Shown here in pieces: positions 55,529-64,000 of a stretch of 64,000 nucleotides of DNA (the first letter of the stretch is position 1; each line of letters begins with the position of its first letter). This stretch comes from the human T2T-CHM13v2.0 reference genome, Homo sapiens: NCBI RefSeq assembly GCF_009914755.1, contig NC_060933.1. One strand, given 5' to 3'. Below the pieces are notes generated by a model, which was not told where the DNA came from, searched no databases, and worked only from the letters and a program-made list of their open reading frames with translations. The position numbers were made by a program, and so were the translations under genes.

Positions 55529-57319
55529 TTTACAGTTCTTGGGAAAGAATGACTAAATAAATGTCACGGAGAGGAAGCCATAAGAGGCAGTGTCTGCCTC
55601 TGCCTGGAAATGCTGTGTGTGTCTTTGATTCTGTCTCCATTGTCACCTGGAATGCTTTACCTCGGTTGTTTAAGGGTTTTCCACTGCAGTTTCTTTTTGC
55701 TATCTCTTGCATTCCTTCCCATAAAGTAGGCAGTTTACAGTAATAGCATTGGAATGAAGCTCTACTTCAGGCAGGAAAGGTTAAACATTTTAAAAATGCA
55801 AACCAGATAAAATTTTAAAAACCTCAAAATAGTCTTGGAGCCACAATGCCTCTGTGCCATCCCCAGCCATTCTCTTTAACAAAAGACATCCCTCTCTTAT
55901 GCAAGCTTCTCATTTGTCAGAGGAGAGATTTCCCTGTCTCCTCGGCGCACACTCTGTATAATTTAAGATGACTCACTGTACAGGAAAGTTCACCTTCCAT
56001 TAGCATGTTTTCTTTAGTAAGCACTCTCTTGCAAGTGCTGTAGTGTAAACATGAGTGCCTACGAATATGAACATTTATTAAATAGCACTGATGAATATTT
56101 CAATACCTCGGGGAGAGCAATTCACAGCTCAATCATTCAAGCTGTTTTAAGTGCAGCACAGGACAATTCCACTACATCTTCCATTAATATTTAATTGCCC
56201 ATTTTATTCTGTTTACCTTTTTGGTTAATATATAATTTAAAGCTCTTCTACTAAAAAGGGGGAAAAGAGAACAGCTGTTCATCTGCTTTTAACAAATCTC
56301 TGGTGAGAGCTTTTACCTCATTTAAAATTCATTGCAAAGAGTTTTTATTTAATATCAGTAACACAAAACCTTAGGTATTAAAAGTAAAACTTGGAAGTGA
56401 CTGTCATGCAAAAAGCTTAGCTGTGACTTGGGTTTGATTACACATCCATTCCTGAGTGGCAGGCATTGACAGGAAATGTCTGAATCGCCAGCAATGGCGC
56501 CATGTGTCACGTCCTCATGAAATAGAATCACCGTAACTCGACCTGACACATTCTGACAACATGTTGGAAAGTTGTTATGCACCCTGCAGAAAGTCAGTAC
56601 TGTCATCCTGGCAATGCAGATTTTACTGACGAGATAAAACACATATCTGCTTGCTAAAGGACAAGGGAGTCAAATAGGTGCATGGCCTTGAGGATCTGGG
56701 GAATCCCTGAGGCACTAAAGATTCACTTCTCCTTGGCCCTCCTTTGGTGATTGCCACCAGTTTCTCTCTTTACTGGTTCAGATTCCCAAGGCCTATCTCT
56801 TGTCATGTGATAGCTTTCCTTTCCTTTCCTCCTAGTGGGCTGCAGTTTGTGTGTCACAAGTCTGTTTCTAAACTGCTCCCAGTGGCAGGGACCTTGACAT
56901 TAATGACAGATCTCTACATTTTTGGGGTCTCCCAGGCCCCCCAGGTCAGTAAGTAAAACCCACCCCAGATCCACCCCAGAGAGAGTCACCATATCCTTTC
57001 TTTCTCAGTCACCTGGAATTAGCTGCTTTCTAGAACAATGAGCTACATAATCTGTTTTTTTCCTGTTCAACTTATTCGTTGCAGTGGATTCATTCCTCCT
57101 GTTTAAATATTCCCAGCATGGCCAAGTCAGCAGCAGCATGAACCTCAAAAATACCATCACCACTGTCATTTCACTTGAGCTCAGGAGTTTCTTCTCCAGG
57201 GTGGGCTTTCCTTATTTGCTTTTGCATCACTTCATTATTGCTTTCCCCAGTCTCTGCTGAGTTTGGTTCACTTTCTTCATCAGACTCTCCTTCAATAGAC
57301 ACTCTCACATAATGCTTCC

Positions 57320-57470
57320 TTTCACTCATTCATTTATTCAGCATCTGATCCAGTGTTCTGAAAATATAGGCATTCAGTAGGGAGGAAAGGAGAGAGGAAG
57401 AGAGAAAGAGAAGAGCCACCTGCCTTTATAGAGCTTACATTATTCGTGGAGGAGTCACTTGATTTTGAGC
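57320..57470 (-). mobile_element. L2 3' end fragment
   Basis: cactcattcatttattcagca...cctgcctttatagagcttacatt. Confidence 0.65.
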
Positions 57471-57607
57471 TGTATTGATGACTAACATAGGCATCATGGC
57501 ACTCTACCTCTGTCCTCCCCTGGATACTGGGATGTTCCTTTAGCTGCGTCCAGAGTGCCTCAAGATTCATCTAGAAAAGGAAAGAGATCAAATACTATTA
57601 TAATTAG

Positions 57608-58235
57608 ATTGTGAAGACATCCCCAATGGTTCACTTCTCCCTGTATCAACACCCTCTGAGGCTCATCCAATGAGGTGAAGTCTGTTTTTTTACCTCTTGA
57701 ATCTAGGTTATCCTTGTTACTTGCTTTGGCCAATAGAATATGGATAGAGAAATGATGTGTGAATTCTGAGCCTAGGCCTCAAGAGGCCTGTTTGCTTCTA
57801 TTCCCTTTTGGACCCTGGCTCTGCCTGGGCTAGCCTGCAGGAAGATCAGACACTCCTAAAGGAGCACATCTTCATGTCTTAACTCACATATTGTATTAGT
57901 AACATAATATTCCTCTCTCTAAAACAGAAAAACAACAATAGTTGTTTATTGTCTATAAATACCTTGGAATGAACAGAGACATCTCTGCTGAGGCCATTCT
58001 ATGATAGCCAGCCAGCCTCTATACATGAGAGTGGGCCTGAACAAGATCAGCAAAGTGCTTACACAACACAAGTTGACCACAGATGTATGAGTGATCCTAA
58101 CTAAGACCAGAAGAACTTTCCTAACAAGAAGGGCAGAAGGCCAGTTCTCCCATATACTTGTGAGCAATAAAAATGCATAATGTTTTAGGCCACTAAATAT
58201 GGGGGTGGTTTGGAATGCTGTAATAGCTAACTGAC
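57608..58235 (+). mobile_element. MLT1 (G/H-like) LTR carrying a foreign ~119-bp insert
   Basis: cttgctttggccaatagaat...ctgagcctaggcctcaagaggcc...gggctagcctgc...aataaaaatg...aatagctaactgaca. Confidence 0.88.
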
Positions 58236-59409
58236 AAAGGTATTCTCTAAACTTTTCTTATAGTCCACTTAGGTGAGACATACTCCTATACTCTCTGCCT
58301 CCCTTATCCTGTGGCAAACCCCACTCAACCAGATCTTAGGATTTGACAATTTGAATTTATTTTTAAAATTGTTTCAAGTTTCAGGGCCAGGCAACTGGAT
58401 CAAATCCCTTAAAAATTGAGCTCAGACCACGGTGAGCTAGAAATAAAATGAGAACCAAAGGCTGAAGGAAGAGGAAAGACGTGGTTTAAATTTATTGGAA
58501 GAGAGAATTGTATAACAGTTTGGATTGATTTGTATCTCATCAGAAAGGGCTCACATATCTCTGGGTATAGCCATTTACCAACTTGAATGGAAAAACTGAT
58601 GCCATGATGTAACTGTATGCAGTTCAAATTGTGGTTACAACTCACATTTCCATCCCTCTTCCCCCATTATCCTCTGTATTAATTCAATCACAGGAGTTAG
58701 GTGAGTTGGTGGGGAGACCTATGAAGTCATCTTGTTTTTTTCCCAAGAGCCATATCTGAGTTTCTACCCATAGTGTATTTTCAAATGCTTTCTCTAATAT
58801 GCTTGAAAATGGCTTGAGCAATGATCTACCCTAAAAGCTTTAACTGGAAATAAATTCTATAAGCACTTTACCAGAAGAGAAATTAATGCAGAGAAAAATA
58901 ATTGGAGTTATATCTGACCAAAACCCATGTAAGCAAGGAAATTTAGAGTAATGTTCAGATTTTCTTCCTCTCTTCTCCTTTCTTTGCTCTGTGTTTTGCT
59001 ACAGAGGTATCAGATACCTTTCAGTGGGGCCTAAGAGAACATAAGGGTTAGAATTAGGTCTAATCATGATTCAGGGACTACTCAATTACATGACTGGTCT
59101 GAATTTCCTAGATATAGGCAAATCCTCAAAGGTTTACCAAACTCAACAAATTCAGATGATTTGTAAGGAGAATAATTTGATCTGTAGAGAATCACAATAT
59201 TTTATTGCATTACAACTGAGCCTATGCAAGCATCTTATAGTTTGTAAATTATGGCCTTAGGAGTCTCAAATCCTGGGTTTGGCCCTAGTGTCATTGCTTT
59301 GACTTTATATAGAATATCCTTATTCCTAAAATATCAAAGTGGAATAAGGGGATCCAGACTGGAGTAATTTCTGAGCTGGGTGGATTTTCATGGGTTTCTA
59401 CAATAGCTG

Positions 59410-59580
59410 GTGAGGAATCTAGAGTTGAGAAAACATGAGTATGAATCTCACATAAGGGTTAGCATAATCTTGGTCAAGGTTACCTAAATATTTGAAATCT
59501 CAATTTTCTTATTTTTAAGATGGAGAAAATAAGATATTTCTCCTATAATTATTAGGATCAAATAAAATAATATATGTTAG
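59410..59580 (+). mobile_element. MIR
   Basis: cttggtcaaggttacctaa...tctcaattttcttatttttaagatggag...aggatcaaataaaataa. Confidence 0.65.
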
Positions 59581-59590
59581 AGGAAATAGA

Positions 59591-59810
59591 CCAGTACTTC
59601 CCCAAGTGTGTTCTATCCTGTGTTAAAAGGGGTTATGTATGAAAAGTACTCTGGGAAACTGTGTCAAGTGAAATTAAACAGTTTTCTCTGCTGTAGGACT
59701 TCATAGAGTTTTTAGTAGACTAGAAGTCAGAGTGAATCTCATTTTTTAGATCCATTTGACTACGGCACTACAATATCAGTAGGAAAGGTATTATGCAGAA
59801 CATAGTAAGT
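59591..59810. mobile_element. MER103-like hAT-Charlie element
   Basis: cagtacttccccaagtgtgttc...aattaaacagttttctctgctgtaggacttc...atttgactacgg. Confidence 0.65.
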
Positions 59811-60437
59811 GTCCAGAAATGTTAATTTCCTTGCCTGTTCCTTCATCATGGACTGGTCCTAGTGGCTTGGTAAGCTTTTAAAGGTGGATCTGTTTTCTGA
59901 TTCTCTCGACCCCATTCTCCAATGTTTCCATAGTGAGGAGATTACTGACTTAAGCGTGGTTATCCTTTCAAACCTGTAAGACTAAGTTTTGCCACTCTGG
60001 GCATAGGATGTTGTTCCCAGTCCTCAAGTCCTCTGTTACAGTCTAAAAAAAAGTGGGGGCTTCTGTCCACCTGACATCCTTTGCCCCATCTCTCTAGATT
60101 TGCTGTTGTAACCATTGCATAGATCTGAAATAATTGCTTTTATGCAGAGTGGATAGTGTTGACTACATCAATACTTACTATTTTAACTATATGAAAGTGA
60201 GATAGAATAGCCTCTTACATATTTATTGATATGTTTATCTGTTTGCTGATTTCTAGCTATAAATTTTAAAAATAACATTTATTAGGTTGGTGGTAACGGA
60301 ATGATTAAAATGCATAAGTAAAAAAGGCTCATCATACCATCCCACATCATGCTTGTTAGCATTAAAACAAATTCCCTTGATTAGAAAATTCAAATAATAG
60401 TCAAAAATAAGAAATTAAAAGTAAAAGCCCCTATAAC

Positions 60438-61055
60438 TAGAGATTTAGAGCAGCTTTATTCATAATTGCCCAAACTTGGGGGCAACCAAGATGTTCTTCA
60501 GCAGGTAAATGGATAATCTGTGGTACATCCATACAATGGAGTACTATTCAGTACTAGAAGAAATAAATGATCAGACCGTGAAAAGACATAGAAGAACCTT
60601 AAATGCATACTACTGAGTGAAAAAAGTCGATCTGAAAAGGCTATGTACTATATGATTCAAACCGTATGGCATTCTGGAAAAGGCAAACAGTAAAGAGGTC
60701 AGTGTTTGCCTGGGGCTAGGGGGAGAGAGGGACAAATAAGCAGAGCACAGAAGATTTTAGGGCAGTGAAACTCTTCTGTATAATACTATAATGGTGGAGC
60801 CATGTCGTTATACATTTGTCCAGACTCACAGGATGCACAACACCAACGGTGAACCCAAATGTGAACTATGGACTTGGGGCGATAATGATGCATCAGTGTA
60901 GGTTCATCCATTGTGGAGAATGCAGCAATCTGGTAGGGGATGTTGACAGTCGGGGAGGCTATGCATGTGCAGGGGCATTGTGTATCTGGGAACCCTCTAT
61001 ACTTTCTGCTCAATTTTACTGTGAACCTAAAAATAAAGTGTATTTAAAAAAAAAA
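60438..61055 (+). mobile_element. L1MC1-like 3' end
   Basis: gcagctttattcataattgcccaaacttgg...gtgaacccaaatgtgaactatggac...poly(A); possible TSD aaaagtaaaag(c/t)c(c/t)ct at 60417 and 61052. Confidence 0.9.
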
Positions 61056-61239
61056 GTAAAAGTCTCTCTTTCTCACATTGGGCTCTCTTTCTAAAGGCAA
61101 TCAAGTCTTACATATCTTTGTCAGACAGAATTGCTATACATAAATTGGCAGTACACATACATATATGTACATATGTATGTGCTTCTGTATATAAAATACA
61201 TATTTTATTTATACAAGGGAATCTTATGTCTCTGTCTAT

Positions 61240-61910
61240 CTTTTCCATTCTAATGGGTAAAAATAGCATCTCATATTTGTCTGAATTTACATTTTGAGCT
61301 TTGAATAAGGTTTAGTCACTTTTCATATGATTAATGCTCTCTTGTATTTGTCTTCTGTGTGCCTATCCTTTGCTCATTTTTTGATTGAGTTATTCTATTT
61401 TTAAAAATTATATGTTTATATTACCTCTTTTTAAATTAAGAAAATTATCCTGATATTTAATATATGTAAATTGAAAAATATTTTATATATATTGTAAAAA
61501 TGTTTCCTATTTTGCCATTATTTTATTTTTCCATATAGAAATTAAAAATTTTTATACTGCTAAATTTATTATTCATTATTTTTTATATGTTCTTCATCAT
61601 GTGCCTTGACCAGAAGACCTTTTATGTTCTAAGATTGTAATAATTTTATTTGAACTTTTATTGAGAACTTTTGAAGATTCATTCTTTTTACATTTAAATC
61701 TTTGTTATAGCCAGAATTTGTTTTGGCATAAAGAATAATAGAAGGATTCAACCTTCATATTTCCAAACAGCTATTCAATTGTTTTGACTTCATATATAGG
61801 CAATCCTGCTTTTCTCCATGGATGAAAAATGCTACATTTAAATTAGTATCCTGTATGTATTTTGTTCTACGTCTGAATTCTCTGTTAAATTACTTTGTAT
61901 ACTCCTATTC
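61240..61910 (-). mobile_element. Ancient L1ME fragment
   Basis: tatcctttgctcatttt; tttacatttaaatctttg; atttgttttggcataaag. Confidence 0.6.
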
Positions 61911-64000
61911 ATAGCAGTTATCATTTTCTGAGATAGGTTTTCCCAAGAAAGGAATAAAATAAACGTTTTTTAAGTAGAAAAAGCTGGGTTTTTATAAGAC
62001 TGAAGATTTATTATAAAATGAAACTTTTAAGCCTAACAATTTACCATTCAAATGTTTAGACAAACTTACTGAATTAGAAAATTTTATGTGTGTGTCTATA
62101 TCTGTGGGTGTATGAGAGAGAAAGCCAGACAGACAAACAGAGAGACAAATGCAGAGAGAGAGAGGATTTTATCATTTTATTGATGTAAGACTTTAACACT
62201 AGCAGTAAAAGAAAAAAATACTAAAACTGGTTATTTTATACACCCCAAGTTCCAGTTCTCAACAGGGTAATTTTATTGTCAGGTTGCTATAATTCTAAAA
62301 CTTAAAAAGTGATAATAAGCTCTGTAAAAATAAACATTTTTATTCACCAACTGGAAAGAGCAAAGTCAATGCAATTTACACAATTATCCTCCTAAAATTT
62401 CTGTGTAGTGAGCCAGTCTTACTATTCACATTTAAAGATGGGTGGGAAAGGTAAAAAGAGGTAAATCTTCTGATTAAAACTAGAAATGAATCAGGGCAAG
62501 GACTAGAACCAAACCCCCAAAGAGACAAGTGCTCTCTATATAATAGATACACTCATTGGAAAGAGCAAGGCTGGATATTTGCTTGGCTTTACTTTGTTGT
62601 TATTGTTAAAGGATACTAAAGTTAAAGGTCATAGCTAATGGTGAAACCTCACAGAGCATGTGAAACCTTCAACAAAGCTTTCCAAAATGACTCGACTTTA
62701 CTTCCAGCATCCAAATGTGGGTATAATGATCCCTCAGAGATTATTAAATCAGAGAAATTTTAAATAAATCAAACCGAAGCTTCAGAACTATGGGGTAGGG
62801 CCAGGAGTATCCTCTTTATCTTTGGGCAGTTGCAATTATGCCTGTATGTTTTCACAATTTTCAGAGAGGAACTTGGGAGTAGATTCTAATCTAACAGTTC
62901 ATTTCCTGTATCAAAAGGCATGGTACATATGCTATTTCCTTTCTGATTACATCCTTCCTAAATGTTGTTCTTTCACCAAAATTAAACTGTTTTGTTACCT
63001 TTCTTAAAGCAGGGATGATTCCATTCAGTTATGATAGTCACTGTCTAAGCCCCTTGCTTTTTATGAAAATAACACAAATTCAAAAACGAATCTCTTAAAA
63101 ACCTGTCTGTTTCTTTCCCATTTCTTTCTGATGCTTCTTGTCTGGATTTATCAGATGAAAGATACTCTATCTTTATCAGCAGTAGCACTATTATCTGTTC
63201 ACTTCCGAATTCTCATGCTTTCAGTAGAAGGAATCTGATCCCTAAATCAGACAAATCTCTAGTCTTTTATATTTGTAAAGACAGCTGCAAGTAATTTTTT
63301 AGTGTCTCTACGATTTCCTTTTCCATTGTCTCTAATTCCCCCTGTTGTTATTGTAAGTGCACACAATTTATCCTTGATGTTTGTCCTCTTAAATACACAT
63401 AGCACTTGCAAAAACAGTTTTTAAAAATTGGTTATAATGTTCTGTTATTTCTAGTGCTTGCTATTTAAATTTTATCCTTTAATTTTTGATTACCTGTTTG
63501 CAATTTTGACCTTTATAAGCCAGACTTTTTCATTTTAACTTAATGACTATTTTTTTAACCTTTCACAATATGGGTAATTCAATACCCAGAAGAAAGGAAC
63601 AAAACATCTTCACCAGCTAAATCCGCTTATGACCCTAGAAAACTTCCTTCTAAGTGACCACCATAAGCACAGGAGTTCTGAGGCTCCAGGGAAACTCCTT
63701 TTCCTTCTCATTCATCTCTCCCAGCCTGAGCATGCTGGTTGTCGACCAAGCTTCAGCGAGACCAGCATTGCCACCTACTTGGGTCCTCTATCTGGAGTCA
63801 CACTCTGGCTCACCTAGTTCTGGGCACACTTAACTCTACTAATAAGCAATTTGTAAACTTCATACCTCTTTCAAAACACTAGAGGTATCTTACCAGGTTG
63901 AACAGTTCAGTTTTGTTTCAAGCTGTGCCAGAGAAGCACTGTGCACATTTTCAGGGTCTCAGATTGTCAACAGTCTTGGCACTGCTTTCTGTCACCTCCA

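Noticed and set aside
56355-56642. 95-aa minus-strand ORF with an acceptor-like tactgactttctgcag
   Set aside because: No recognisable domain, the branch-like motif is too close to the AG, and there is no strong donor. Treated as non-coding.

Overview
This is AT-rich, CpG-depleted primate (probably human or ape) genomic DNA with no supportable protein-coding gene, tRNA or rRNA gene. It looks intergenic or deep intronic. Most of the window is layered transposon debris: 9 Alus; L1s from ancient L1ME/HAL1 to L1PA7, including a twin-primed L1 nested in another L1; THE1, MST, MLT1 and MLT2 LTRs; an ERVL-type remnant; MIR, L2 and L3; and MER DNA transposons. The ORF track is explained by repeat fragments or chance. 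I found no convincing new multi-gene system. The most interesting signals are (1) two short-range templated insertions, a 26-bp identical copy 971 bp away and a ~116-bp copy 3.2 kb away that sits inside an LTR; (2) two probable ancient Deu-domain SINE relics, one 5S-headed (AmnSINE1-like) and one tRNA-headed (AmnSINE2-like), lying in unique, enhancer-like DNA; and (3) several junctions that look like fossil deletions. Subfamily names come from my recollection of consensus sequences and need RepeatMasker/Dfam confirmation. Boundaries of old elements are approximate.
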